Below are positions 33,520 through 45,694 of a stretch of DNA of 64,000 nt, piece after piece. The notes under the pieces are model-generated. The model was not told the origin of the DNA, did not search any database, and was given only the letters and a program-made list of their open reading frames with translations. The translations under genes and the position numbers were made by a program. The stretch's first letter is position 1. Each line of letters starts with the position of its first letter. The stretch is from an uncultured Chlamydiae bacterium (GTDB taxonomy: Bacteria > Chlamydiota > Chlamydiia > Chlamydiales > Parachlamydiaceae). The stretch is taken from the NCBI GenBank assembly GCA_963754655.1, contig CAVWGN010000001.1, positions 2,464,001 through 2,528,000 of the forward strand, given 5' to 3'.

Positions 33520-33817
33520 CTAATACTTAATGTAAAAATTATTTTTAGCCAAAGTCATAATGGATTGCACAGCTTCTTCGGCATCTTCCCCTTCCGCTTC
33601 AATTCCAATTTTTGCACCTTTCGTCGCAGCTAACATGAGAATTCCTAAAAGTGACTTTGCATTAACAGATTGTTTTTGATAAACCAGGCAGACTTTTGAT
33701 TTGAAAGCAACTTGCACATTTCACTAATTCAGTAGAAGGTCGCGTATGAAGACCACGATCATTGCCTACCACAAATTTTCCTTTTGCCGTGCGTTTTTTG
33801 ATAGGTGGATTTGTCAT
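33520..33817 (-). pseudogene. ptsH: Phosphocarrier HPr with a +1 frameshift near 33705-33712 (or sequencing error)
   Basis: Frame 1 MTNPP...GLHTRPSTELVKCA; frame 2 FKSK...NAKSLLGILML; span of 298 nt = 3n+1. Confidence 0.85.
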
Positions 33818-34018
33818 CGCGTTTTATCCTTATATCACTTATCCTTGTTCAACAGCACAAGTTTAGGCTGGACTGTCGGTCCTCGTAAATGGAATCAGAT
33901 TTGAAACTGAAAAAACCATAGAAATAAGAAACCAATAATCACTCATCATTATTCTTCTATGAACAAATAATAGGTGATAAGATTTATAGCAAATGTTTTC
34001 TATTATGGAGATAAGATA

Positions 34019-35840
34019 ATGAAAACGCGTGAAGAAGTGCCTTTAAATGATCGATGGAATGTCGAAGCTCTTTATCCCAATCAAATCGCCTGGGAACAAG
34101 CATTCAAAACCTTCGTTCCTCATCTTCAACAAACTCCTCATTGGCCAGCCCTGCAAGCTTATCAAGGAAGTTTTGAGAAGGGTCCCGAACAGGTTAAAAA
34201 AGCGCTTGATCTCATGATGGATATTGATCGAGAACTCTCTAAACTTTATACCTATGCTCATTTACGCCACGATGAAGATATCACCAATCCTGAATTTAAA
34301 AAGAGCTATGAGCAAATTTTAACTCTTGCCCACGCTTTTGCTCAAGAAACGGCTTGGTTTCAACCTGAATTAATGGCACTATCTGACGCTCTTTTGAGTC
34401 AATATCTCGCCTCCCCTCTTCTTGCTGATTATCATTTTTACTTAGAAAAAATGATTCGCATGAAAAAACATACGCTATCACCTGATAATGAGAAATTGAT
34501 GGCCTTTGCAGGGCAAGCCCTCCAAACGTCCTATAAAGCCTTTAGTGCAATTAATGATGCCGATTTTAAATTTGAGGCGGTCTTAGACAGCCAAGAAGAA
34601 TCCAAGCCTCTGTCGCATGCCACTTATGGAATTTATATTCGTGATCAAGATCGCCTTTTGCGTGAACATGCCTTTAAACAGTATCACCGCCAATATTAAT
34701 TCTTATGAAAATACCCTGTGCGAACTTTTGACAGGTCAAGTGCAAAATCATCTTTTTCAAGCTCGTTCACGCCACTTTTCTTCGTGCTTAGAAGCCGCTC
34801 TATTTCCCAAAAACATCGACACTTCTGTTTATCATTCCTTAATCCAAGCTGTTCATGAACGCCTCGATGTCTTGCATCGCTATATGCAACTCCGCAAACG
34901 CATTTTAGAAGTGAATGAATTGCATTTGTATGATGTTTATGTGCCCTTGACTTCTGCTGTCGACATTCGCATGTCCTATGTAGAAGCCGAAACACTTGTG
35001 ATTGAATCAGTGGCTCCTTTGGGATCTGAATATCAAGAGTTTCTCAAAAAAGGATTTCAGGAACAGCGCTGGGTTGATCGCTATGAAAACCAAAATAAAC
35101 GCTCAGGTGCTTATTCTAGCGGATGCTTTGATAGCATGCCTTATATTCTCATGAACTATAAGAACCTTTTGCGTGATGTGTTCACTCTAGCGCATGAAGC
35201 AGGTCACAGCATGCATAGTCTTTACAGTCGTAACACACAACCCTATCAATACAGCGATTATCCCATCTTTCTGGCTGAGGTCGCCTCAACCTTCAATGAA
35301 GATCTTCTGACCCGCTTGCTTATTAATCGCTGTCAAGATCCTCACGAGAAAATTTTTCTCCTCAATCAAAAAATTGAAGATATTCGAGGAACCCTTTTCC
35401 GCCAAACAATGTTTGCTGAATTTGAACTGCTCATTCACCAACATGTTGAACAAGGAACTCCCTTGACTCCCCAACTCCTCAAACAAGAATATCGACAACT
35501 CAACCACACCTATTTTGGGCCTGCTACCTTTATTGATAAAGAAATTGAGATCGAATGGGCACGTATTCCTCATTTCTACTACAATTTTTATGTTTTCCAA
35601 TATGCAACAGGAATCAGCGCCGCTTTAGCTCTCGCAGAAAAAGTCGTTAAAGGCAATGAACAAGACCGTGCAGCTTATCTCTCTTTCTTAAAAGGAGGAT
35701 CAAGCCAATATCCCATTGAGATGTTAAAAATGGCCGGCATAGACATGACATCTCCTGCACCCGTTAAAGCAGCTATTCAAACCTTCGATCAACTCTTGAC
35801 TGAATTAGAACAACTGCTTCATCAAACGACAAAGAGCTAA
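34019..35840 (+). pseudogene. pepF: Oligoendopeptidase F split by a 1-nt insertion near 34697 (or sequencing error)
   Basis: N-half ends QYHRQY*, C-half continues NSYENT; HEAGH zinc motif; WARIPHFY. Confidence 0.85.
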
Positions 35841-35887
35841 AATATTTATTATATGATTAACAAAACATAGCATGCAAAACATCGATA

Positions 35888-35948
35888 TTAGCAATTAAAT
35901 ACAGCCAGTGCTAATTTTGTTGCAAAAAAAAGACAAAAGAAGTACTTT
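35888..35948 (+). promoter_or_regulatory. Degenerate CIRCE (HrcA operator) and sigma66 promoter of groESL
   Basis: TTAGCAATT-N9-CAGTGCTAA (35888-35914); TTGCAA-17-TACTTT. Confidence 0.8.
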
Positions 35949-35994
35949 ATTAGCTTCAAGACGATCATTTATCACTTAACATAGGAGATTCTTT

Positions 35995-36327
35995 ATGGCC
36001 CAAACTCAAATGGCAGCAACATCTACTTCTCGCAACGTTAAGCTTAAACCATTAGGCAATCGCGTTCTTGTTCGTCGCTTAGCAGCTGAGGAAAAATTAA
36101 AAGGAGGAATTATTCTTCCCGATACAGCAAAGAAAAAGCAAGAGCAAGCAGAAGTCGTCGCTCTTGGCTCTGGAAAAAAGGATAAGAATGGCACCTTAAT
36201 TCCCATGCCGGTTAAAGTTGGCAACATCATTTTGATGGAAAAGTATTCTGGACAGGAAGTGACATTAGATGACGAAGAATTTGTGATTCTTCGTGCCGAT
36301 GATATTATTGCGATTGTCGAACAGTAA
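35995..36327 (+). CDS. groES: Co-chaperonin GroES
   Basis: LKPLGNRV and GGIILPDTA motifs. Confidence 0.97.
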   Translation: MAQTQMAATSTSRNVKLKPLGNRVLVRRLAAEEKLKGGIILPDTAKKKQEQAEVVALGSGKKDKNGTLIPMPVKVGNIILMEKYSGQEVTLDDEEFVILRADDIIAIVEQ

Positions 36328-36347
36328 TCAGATGATAGAACAATTAA

Positions 36348-37982
<1,635 letters not shown>

Positions 37983-38010
37983 AAGCTTAAAACCTTGAGT
38001 TTATTAGTTA

Positions 38011-38039
38011 AGGGGAAGGTCTGTGGCCTTCCCTTTTTT
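38011..38039 (+). terminator. groEL intrinsic terminator
   Basis: GGGAAGG-loop-CCTTCCC followed by a T-run. Confidence 0.85.
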
Positions 38040-38115
38040 ATCCCTCTTTACTATTTTTATCACAAAAATATTGTGTTAAATTAAATGATCTTCTAATATA
38101 GCACTTCTTACTTAT

Positions 38116-38187
38116 TCCGGATTAGCTCAGCGGTAGAGCAGTGGACTGTTAATCCATTGGTCGTAGGTTCGAATCCTGCATCCGGAG
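38116..38187 (+). tRNA. tRNA-Asn(GTT)
   Basis: TCCGGAT/ATCCGGA acceptor stem; CTGTTAA anticodon loop; GGTTCGAATCC T-arm; CCA not encoded. Confidence 0.97.
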
Positions 38188-38329
38188 ACTTACTGGCTGA
38201 TGTGACAGTGCACTTAAGGCCAAAAGCGACTCACGCGATGTCACTAGCCGCTTTTTTTCATCTAATTTCAAGTTCGAAAAAAACAAATTAGCCATTAATA
38301 TTTTTCACTCAATTTCAACTCATGAAGAT

Positions 38330-38410
38330 TTCCGTAGCTCGCTTTGCTAAAGTGGTTTTCCCGATCCTGGCATTCCGCAAATTAGGTAAAGACTTGATAT
38401 TTGTTAACAT
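38330..38410 (-). pseudogene. Remnant of a P-loop kinase/ATPase N-terminus
   Basis: Reads LYLICGMPGSGK then, after a 1-nt shift, TLAKR. Confidence 0.5.
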
Positions 38411-38432
38411 TAATATCTTTAAGGACTTATTC

Positions 38433-38735
38433 TTAGGTTAATCTTAAATTCAAACCCAAAGCCACACATAAGGAAACTAATGTATGCCATTTTGGGTTGC
38501 CTGTACCTGAAAGAGTCTTGTAAAGGCTCTCTCGGCCGACATGCGCCTTCTTGGCTAAAACACCAATTCCACCTTGTGCGTCTGCAACATTGCGTAATGC
38601 CACAAGAAAAAGCTTCTGAGACTCTTCATCTCCTTTTAAGCTTTCATTTAATGCTTCATTCAAATAAGCCACAGCAAAATCATGATCTTGAAGTTGCTCC
38701 AAAAGAAAATTTTGATATTTTCTACTTCTTGCCAT
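38433..38735 (-). CDS. Addiction-module antidote (HTH antitoxin)
   Basis: YLNEAL...ALRNVA...RESLYKTLSGTGNP motifs. Confidence 0.9.
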   Translation of the reverse strand: MARSRKYQNFLLEQLQDHDFAVAYLNEALNESLKGDEESQKLFLVALRNVADAQGGIGVLAKKAHVGRESLYKTLSGTGNPKWHTLVSLCVALGLNLRLT

Positions 38736-39679
38736 TATTTAAACCCCTTGATTGATAATCCTTCAAATAATCTTTTGCTTTATTAAGTCACCTTACGCAA
38801 GCGAGGTTAAAGAATCAGTGATATCCTTTAAATAACCAATAGCATGATTTGTTTAATAGCCTGAAAGGCTTCAAAGAAAATAGCCCAGGCTAGGGTGTTC
38901 ATTTTGTGCAAAAAATGAGCTTTATTTTTTCACAATAATTGGCATAGTTGAATTGAAGGTCGCATGTTTATGCCGTCCTTTCAGGACTCGATGTCTTTTT
39001 GATAGAACCCAGGCCTCCGCTTCGCTGCGACCTGGGCTGTAACATGACGGCCCTTCAGGCCTTAACAAGAGATATTTAAGTCCCTCTTCTATAGTCCCTA
39101 AACATCTTTTTGTTAAGGCCTGAAGGGCCGTCATGTTACAGCCCAGGTCGCAGCGAAGCGGAGGCCTGGGTTCTATCAAAAAGACATCGAGTCCTGAAAG
39201 GACGGCATAAACATCTGACCTTCAATTCAACTATGCCAATTATTGTGAAAAAATAAAGCTCATTTTTTGCACAAAATGAACACCCTAGCCTGGGCTATTT
39301 TCTTTGAAGCCTTTCAGGCTATTAAACAAATCATGCTATTGGTTATTTAAAGGATATCACTGATTCTTTAACCTTGCTTGCGTAAGGTGAGTTATTAATA
39401 TCTTTATCTTGAGAACCTTTATCGCCACCACAAAGCAATAAAACGATCTTATTACCAATCTTCCTGTAATAAAATTCTAATTCCTGATCCGTAATGAATT
39501 CTTAACTCAGAAACTCATTCTTGCAACGTTTTGCAATCTCCAAAGTTTCCAAGCTTTAATCGATCTAGACGCATTGAGATTCTAGCCTTTGTATGAACCT
39601 CTTTAAGTCCTTCAAGCCAAATTTCGAAAGGTCGCTTGCCTGTCGTTGTTTCGTAAACCTCAATTTCGATCTCTTTCAT
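38735..39679 (-). pseudogene. RelE/ParE-type addiction-module toxin, inactivated
   Basis: MKEIEIE...LGNFGDCK..ELRIHYG..LLLCGGDKGSQDKDI/NKAK; TGA at 39515-39517, frameshift near 39472, and a 605-bp insertion. Confidence 0.85.
38787..39391. mobile_element. 605-bp non-coding foldback element
   Basis: About 285-bp near-perfect arms; TTATTAA duplicated at 38780-38786 and 39392-39398; nested TA-flanked element at 38893-39285. Confidence 0.92.
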
Positions 39680-39687
39680 ATAACCTT

Positions 39688-39717
39688 ATTGTATCTTCTA
39701 GGATACTTTATTTTCAA
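39688..39717 (-). promoter_or_regulatory. Toxin-antitoxin promoter with small palindromic operator
   Basis: TTGAAA-18-TACAAT overlapping GTATC-N6-GATAC. Confidence 0.55.
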
Positions 39718-39724
39718 GTGAATT

Positions 39725-40821
39725 TTAAGCTATTAATTTTGAGGGTGTTGAAAATTCTTGGGAGAAGTTGAGTTTGATTTCTATTTTTTTAGCATATGCA
39801 GCAAGAAGAGCTTGATGAGCCGTGTAAGTCTTATCTCGGCTCCATGTTTTATTCGCTCGAAAGCACCTGATAAGCTCTTTGCTATTCAAATAAGAAAAAA
39901 TTTCAAGACTGATTTCTGGCGGAAGTAAATTTACAAAATCAACTAGGGAGCGTACCTAAAAGATTTAAAATAATAACTCTTATGATTTATAATTTTCTCT
40001 GATAAAACAAGGGGGAAATTTGAATGGGTAGGATAGTATTAACTAATGAAAGATGGATAAAAATAAAACCTTTATTGCCAAAAGAACGAGGATATTGGGG
40101 CAGACCAAGTCGGCCTCATCGTAAGATTTTAGAAGGCATTATTTGGATTTTAAGAACAGGAGCCGCTTGGAGGGATCTACCACCCAAGTATGGTCCTTGG
40201 AGCACATGTTATAATCGCTTTAATCGATGGACAAAGGCTGGAATCTGGCAAACGATTTGGCAAGCTTTAAAAGATGAAATTGACGAAGAAAATTACTCTG
40301 TAGACAGCTCAATTGTTGAAGCGCATCAAGATGCTTGTAGGATAAAAAAAAGCCGAAGAAGCCATGGGAAAATCAAGGGCCGGAACAACCACAAAAATTC
40401 ATGCAGTAACAGATGGATTAGGTCGTTGTATTGATTTTATCTTGACAGAAGGTCAAGTACACGAGAGCACTCAAATGAAGCTTTTACTCAGTGAAAAAAA
40501 TCCACAAAATGTTATAGCTGATAAAGCTTACGACTCAAATGAAATCAGAAATTTTATAGAAAAGATGGGAAGTCAAGCTGTCATACCCAGCAAAGTATCA
40601 AGAGCTGAACTAATTGAACATGATAAACATATCTACAGAGAGCGTTGCTTGGTAGAAAATTTTTTTCAGTTTATAAAACGATTTAGGCGTATTGGAATAA
40701 GATACGAAATGAAAGCTCAAAATTATGCAGGAATGTTGACAATCACTTGTATTATACAATGGCTAATCTTTTAGGTACGCTCCCTAGTACTCCATTACTT
40801 TTCAAGATTAGATAATTGCAT
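39725..40821 (-). pseudogene. Small F-box protein gene split by IS5
   Basis: Removing the IS gives SNGVLVDFVNLLPPEISLEIFSYLNSKELIRCFRANKTW...*; candidate ATG at 40821 needs a 1-nt correction. Confidence 0.8.
39947..40783 (+). mobile_element. IS5-family element with split transposase (40024-40434 and 40364-40774)
   Basis: TIR GGAGCGTACCTAAAAGA; CTAG duplicated; A8 slippery run at 40344-40351; DSS and DKAYD motifs. Confidence 0.93.
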
Positions 40822-40942
40822 GCTCGTTTAATTCCTTGATTCCCCTTTTCAAAAATTCAACTTGACTTTTGTTAAATAAAACTTATGTTAGAGTTTATTT
40901 TAAAATCACTACACATAGAAAAGTTAAAGGATATTTGGAAAA

Positions 40943-41821
40943 ATGAAAAAGGCAAGAAAACCTGTCTTTTACATGTTGCTCTTTACAGGTTTAATTGTGA
41001 TCATCGTCTTGCTTATGCAGCCGGTGGCAATCTTTCACTTTGGCGACTATATCGACATTCTCTTTCCTTCAGGACGCATTGCTCTTGAAGAGCGTAATCT
41101 TCTTTTTATTATTCAAGCCCTTATGTTGCTTGTCATTATCCCTGTCTACATCTTGACTTTTGTCTTTTCTTGGAAATATAGTGCTCAAAACCCTAAGGGA
41201 GTCTACGATCCCGATTTAGTTGATAATAACCTTGCTGAAGTGGTCTGGTGGGGACTTCCCCTTATCATGACTTGTATTGTCTGCGCATTAACATGGATCA
41301 AAACTGAACAATTGGATCCTTATAAGCCGATTGAATCTGATAAAAAGCCAGTGACAATTCAAGTCGTTGCTCTCCAGTGGAAATGGTTATTTATTTATCC
41401 AGAAGAGAAAATTGCTACTGTCAATTTTTTGCAAATTCCGAACCAGACTCCTATTCATTTTGAAATTACCGCCGATGCACCCATGAATTCACTTTGGATT
41501 CCCGATTTGGGCGGCCAAATTTATGCCATGCCGGGAATGAAAACACAATTATATTTGATGGCAAATCAACTTGGAGATTCTAGAGGTTCATCGGCTAATA
41601 TTAGCGGTGTAGGCTTCTCAGGCATGCATTTCAAAACCCACACCTCTTCGGATGAAGATTATCAAAAATGGGTAGCATCAACAAAAGAATCATCAAAACC
41701 CCTTACCTTAAAAAACTATGAACAATTGGCTGCCCCAAGCATAAATCACCCAGTGGAGATTTTCACTTTGCAAGACGATTCTCTTTTCAATCAAATTATT
41801 GATAAATATATGCACCCATGA
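40943..41821 (+). CDS. cyoA: Cytochrome bo3 quinol oxidase subunit II
   Basis: WKWLFIYP, MNSLWIP and GQIYAMPGM motifs; no CuA cysteines. Confidence 0.93.
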   Translation: MKKARKPVFYMLLFTGLIVIIVLLMQPVAIFHFGDYIDILFPSGRIALEERNLLFIIQALMLLVIIPVYILTFVFSWKYSAQNPKGVYDPDLVDNNLAEVVWWGLPLIMTCIVCALTWIKTEQLDPYKPIESDKKPVTIQVVALQWKWLFIYPEEKIATVNFLQIPNQTPIHFEITADAPMNSLWIPDLGGQIYAMPGMKTQLYLMANQLGDSRGSSANISGVGFSGMHFKTHTSSDEDYQKWVASTKESSKPLTLKNYEQLAAPSINHPVEIFTLQDDSLFNQIIDKYMHP

Positions 41822-41828
41822 GTCAAAT

Positions 41829-43802
41829 ATGTTTGGCAGATTAACTTCAGATGCTTTTAAGCATGATTTCATTCAAGATGGCGCTGTCTATTCGATGCTA
41901 TTTGGAGGCCTTGCCCTCATTGGCGTCATCACTTATTTCAAGCTTTGGAAATGGCTCTGGCATGAGTGGTTCACGAGTGTTGATCCCAAAAGAATTGGGA
42001 TCATGTACATCGTTGTCGTTCTTATCATGTTTGCCAAAGGATTAGCTGATGCTCTCATGATACGCATTCAACAATCAATTGCTGTGGGAGATGCGCCTGG
42101 TTTTATTTCAGCCGAACACTTTCAAGAAGTTTTTTCTGCACATGGCACAACAATGATTTTCTTCGTCGCCATGGGTGCAATTTTTGGCCTTATGAATCTT
42201 ATTATTCCTTTACAAATTGGTGCTCGAGATGTTGCCTATCCGTTTTTAAATGCTCTGGGCTTCTGGCTTTTTGCTGCGGGAGCTATTTTAACACTTCTTT
42301 CGCTTACCATAGGAAGATTTTCAATAGCAGGCTGGCTTGCCTATCCTCCTCTTTCTGGTGTGGAATATACCCCGAATGAAGGGGTCGACTATTGGATATG
42401 GATGCTGCAAATTGCAGGGGTGGGAACTACCCTTTCAGGCATTAACTTTTTAGTGACGATTTTAAAAATGCGCTGTCCCGGTATGACGCTAATGAAAATG
42501 CCTATCTTTGTTTGGAGCGTGCTTTGTACGGTGGTTTTAATTATTTTCGCCTTCCCCATTCTGACCGCAACACTTTATATGCTGACTTTAGATCGTTACC
42601 TCGGCATGCATTTCTTTACAGCGGGCAGCGGAGGCAATCCCATGATGTATGTTAATCTTATCTGGGCTTGGGGCCATCCTGAAGTCTATATTCTTATCTT
42701 ACCCATTTTTGGTGTATTTTCTGAAATTGTGCCCACCTTCTCAGAAAAGCGACTATTCGGATATGTGTCCATGGTGTGGGCCCTGGTCTTAATTGCATTT
42801 TATTCCTTTATCGTGTGGCTGCACCATTTTTTTACAATGGGTGCCAGCCCTCCTGTCAATATTTTCTTCTCCATCATGACAATGATTATTGCAATCCCCA
42901 CAGGAGTTAAAATCTTTAACTGGCTATTTACCAAGTTTCGAGGACGTGTTCACTTCACCTCGCCTATGTTGTGGTTTTTCGCCTTTTTGCTCAATTTTAC
43001 CGTTGCAGGAATGACCGGAATCTTACTTGCTTCGCCGCCTATCGACTATCAAGTCCATAATAGCTTATTCTTGATCGCTCATTTCCACGGCATGGTGATT
43101 GGCGGCGTACTCTTTGGTTTCTTTGCTGCTGTGACTTATTGGTTTCCCAAATACACAGGATTTTTCTTGGATGAAAAGTTGAACAAATATGCTTTTGGCC
43201 TTTGGTTTCTTGGATTCATGGTTGCCTTTATGCCCCTTTATACGCTCGGTTTTATGGGAGCTACAAGGCGTCTAGACCGCTACAGTGCAGATACTGAATG
43301 GCATCCTCTGTTCATTCTTGTGGCAATCGGAGCTGCCATCATTGTGCTCGGAGCAGCTGTCCAATTTTTAGGACTCTTTTGGAGTATTTTCCATCGCAAG
43401 AAGAATTGGGATCACACGGGGGGAGATCCTTGGAATGGAAGAACACTGGAATGGTCTATCCCCTCTCCTCCTCCTATTTATAATTTTGCTATTATTCCCA
43501 CAGTCGATCAAATTGACCCCTTATGGGCGATCAAACGAGGCCATGCACCTGTACCTGAAAAGGTTTATGAGGATATTCATATCCCCAGAAATACTCCCTT
43601 AGCCCTTTATATTGGAATCTTAAGCTTGCTCTTTGGATTTGCCATGATTTGGTATATCTGGTGGCTGGCAATCGCAAGCTTTATTGGCATCGTCATCTGT
43701 TTGACTATTCGGCTTTCTAGGAAAGATAAACATGATATTCTGACTGCAGCGCAAGTGGAAGAAATAGAAACTGCATACTCAAGGAGGTCTGAAGCGATAT
43801 GA
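41829..43802 (+). CDS. cyoB: Cytochrome bo3 quinol oxidase subunit I
   Basis: GHPEVY, WLHH and AHFH motifs; start MFGRL. Confidence 0.96.
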   Translation: MFGRLTSDAFKHDFIQDGAVYSMLFGGLALIGVITYFKLWKWLWHEWFTSVDPKRIGIMYIVVVLIMFAKGLADALMIRIQQSIAVGDAPGFISAEHFQEVFSAHGTTMIFFVAMGAIFGLMNLIIPLQIGARDVAYPFLNALGFWLFAAGAILTLLSLTIGRFSIAGWLAYPPLSGVEYTPNEGVDYWIWMLQIAGVGTTLSGINFLVTILKMRCPGMTLMKMPIFVWSVLCTVVLIIFAFPILTATLYMLTLDRYLGMHFFTAGSGGNPMMYVNLIWAWGHPEVYILILPIFGVFSEIVPTFSEKRLFGYVSMVWALVLIAFYSFIVWLHHFFTMGASPPVNIFFSIMTMIIAIPTGVKIFNWLFTKFRGRVHFTSPMLWFFAFLLNFTVAGMTGILLASPPIDYQVHNSLFLIAHFHGMVIGGVLFGFFAAVTYWFPKYTGFFLDEKLNKYAFGLWFLGFMVAFMPLYTLGFMGATRRLDRYSADTEWHPLFILVAIGAAIIVLGAAVQFLGLFWSIFHRKKNWDHTGGDPWNGRTLEWSIPSPPPIYNFAIIPTVDQIDPLWAIKRGHAPVPEKVYEDIHIPRNTPLALYIGILSLLFGFAMIWYIWWLAIASFIGIVICLTIRLSRKDKHDILTAAQVEEIETAYSRRSEAI

Positions 43803-44434
43803 GTAAAACATGGGCCGTTCATTATCAAGATACCCTCGAATCTTTTCCCGACACTCGTACTCCCGATCCCCATCAGGATACATTTTCTAAAACTGTTCTA
43901 GGCTTTTGGCTGTATCTGATGACCGATTGCTTGATCTTTGCTTCTCTCTTTTGCGTCTATGCTATTCTTCATCAGAACACCTTTGGGGGTCCGTCAGCGA
44001 AAGAGATCTTTAGCCTCTCGACAGCATTTGCTGAAACAATGATCTTATTATTTAGCAGCGTGACATGTGGATTCGCCATGTTGCTGTCTTTAAAGAAAAA
44101 GAAAAATCAAGTCATTACTTGGCTAGCCATTTCATTTTTGCTGGGTGCCTCCTTTATTGGACTCGAACTGCACGAGTTTGCAGACTTTGTTCGAGAAGGA
44201 TATAGCTGGAAAAGAAGCGCCTTCTTATCTTCTTATTTTGGTCTTGTAGGAACACATGGGCTTCACGTCTCCATTGGGTTATTATGGATGGTGATCATGA
44301 TAGGCCAAGTATTATGGCTTGGCATCAATGTGGATACCTTTCGTAGGCTCGTCGTATTCAGCTTATTTTGGCACTTTTTAGATGTTGTATGGATTTTCAT
44401 TTTTACATTCGTTTACTTGATGGGAGTGATATAG
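43799..44434 (+). CDS. cyoC: Cytochrome bo3 subunit III
   Basis: GFWLYLMTDC, GTHGLHV and FWHFLDVVW motifs. Confidence 0.95.
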   Translation: MSKTWAVHYQDTLESFPDTRTPDPHQDTFSKTVLGFWLYLMTDCLIFASLFCVYAILHQNTFGGPSAKEIFSLSTAFAETMILLFSSVTCGFAMLLSLKKKKNQVITWLAISFLLGASFIGLELHEFADFVREGYSWKRSAFLSSYFGLVGTHGLHVSIGLLWMVIMIGQVLWLGINVDTFRRLVVFSLFWHFLDVVWIFIFTFVYLMGVI

Positions 44435-44803
44435 ATGACAGCCGAACCCAGTTTGAAGGAAATTCAAAAAGAATGGCATGGGAGTTTAAAAGCTTATTTG
44501 ATTGGTTTTTTTTCTTGCCTATTATTGACCGCAACTTCCTTTTACCTAGTTTATGCCCAACTCCTTTCCCCCCACCTCTTATTTTACACTCTGATCGGCC
44601 TGGCGCTTGTACAAGCAATGATTCAGTTGTTATTTTTCTTGCACGTCGGGCAAGAAGCTAAACCACGCTGGGAAACCATTTCATTTTGTTGTATGACAAT
44701 TTGTCTGCTGATCATCGTGATTGGATCTCTATGGGTGATGAATGACTTGAAAAAGCGTGTCATGCCTTCAGACATGAACAAAAAAACAATCTCAGGAAAT
44801 TAA
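44435..44803 (+). CDS. cyoD: Cytochrome bo3 subunit IV
   Basis: QLLFFLH and GSLWVM motifs; operon position. Confidence 0.92.
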   Translation: MTAEPSLKEIQKEWHGSLKAYLIGFFSCLLLTATSFYLVYAQLLSPHLLFYTLIGLALVQAMIQLLFFLHVGQEAKPRWETISFCCMTICLLIIVIGSLWVMNDLKKRVMPSDMNKKTISGN

Positions 44804-44817
44804 GGACATTCCCTCTC

Positions 44818-45666
44818 ATGATTAATTATTATTTATTGACTAAGCCCGGAATTATTTTAGGCAATCTCATCACTGTTGCTGCAGGATTTTTACTAGCGTC
44901 AAAAGGAAGAATGGATTTGCAACTATTTTTTGCAACCTTAATAGGTTTAGCGTTTATCATTGCTTCTGCCTGTGTGTTTAATAATTATATCGATCGTCCA
45001 ATTGACAAGAAAATGGAAAGGACTAAAAACCGTCCCCTAGTCACAGGCTTAATTTCAGGGCATAATGCTCTTGCCTTTGGCATTATTCTTGGAATCATTG
45101 GCAACGTCATTTTATATGTATACACCAATCTTCTGACAGTGGCAGTTGCAGCTATTGGTTTTTTTGTTTATGTCTTTATTTATAGCCTTTGGAAACGCCA
45201 TACCATTTATGGAACTGCGATAGGCAGTATTGCAGGTGCTGTTCCTCCTGTTGTAGGATATTGTGCGGTCAGTAACCATTTTGATATAGGAGCTGGGATT
45301 TTATTTACCATGTTGGTGTTATGGCAAATGCCTCATTTTTTTTCGATTGCCCTCTATCACTTTGATGATTATAAGGCGGCCGAGATCCCCACTCTACCTA
45401 TTAAAAAAGGAGCCTTCATAACAAAAATTCACATGGTGCTTTACATTCTTGGCTTTATTTTTGCAGGCATAATGTTAACTGTCTTTCATTACACGGGATA
45501 TATCTATTTAATTATTACAATTAGCCTTAGCTTGATGTGGCTGGCTCTCTGCGTGAAGGGATTTACCACTACTACTAACGATCAGCTGTGGGGACGGCAT
45601 ATGTTTCGCCTCTCTCTTGTGCTGATTACAGCCGTTTGTTTTGCCATTCCTTTTGATATTGCTTAA
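44818..45666 (+). CDS. cyoE: Protoheme IX farnesyltransferase
   Basis: TKPGII, DRPIDKKMERTKNRP and WQMPHF motifs. Confidence 0.95.
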   Translation: MINYYLLTKPGIILGNLITVAAGFLLASKGRMDLQLFFATLIGLAFIIASACVFNNYIDRPIDKKMERTKNRPLVTGLISGHNALAFGIILGIIGNVILYVYTNLLTVAVAAIGFFVYVFIYSLWKRHTIYGTAIGSIAGAVPPVVGYCAVSNHFDIGAGILFTMLVLWQMPHFFSIALYHFDDYKAAEIPTLPIKKGAFITKIHMVLYILGFIFAGIMLTVFHYTGYIYLIITISLSLMWLALCVKGFTTTTNDQLWGRHMFRLSLVLITAVCFAIPFDIA

Positions 45667-45694
45667 AAAATCCATTAACAAAATCTGTGCAAGC

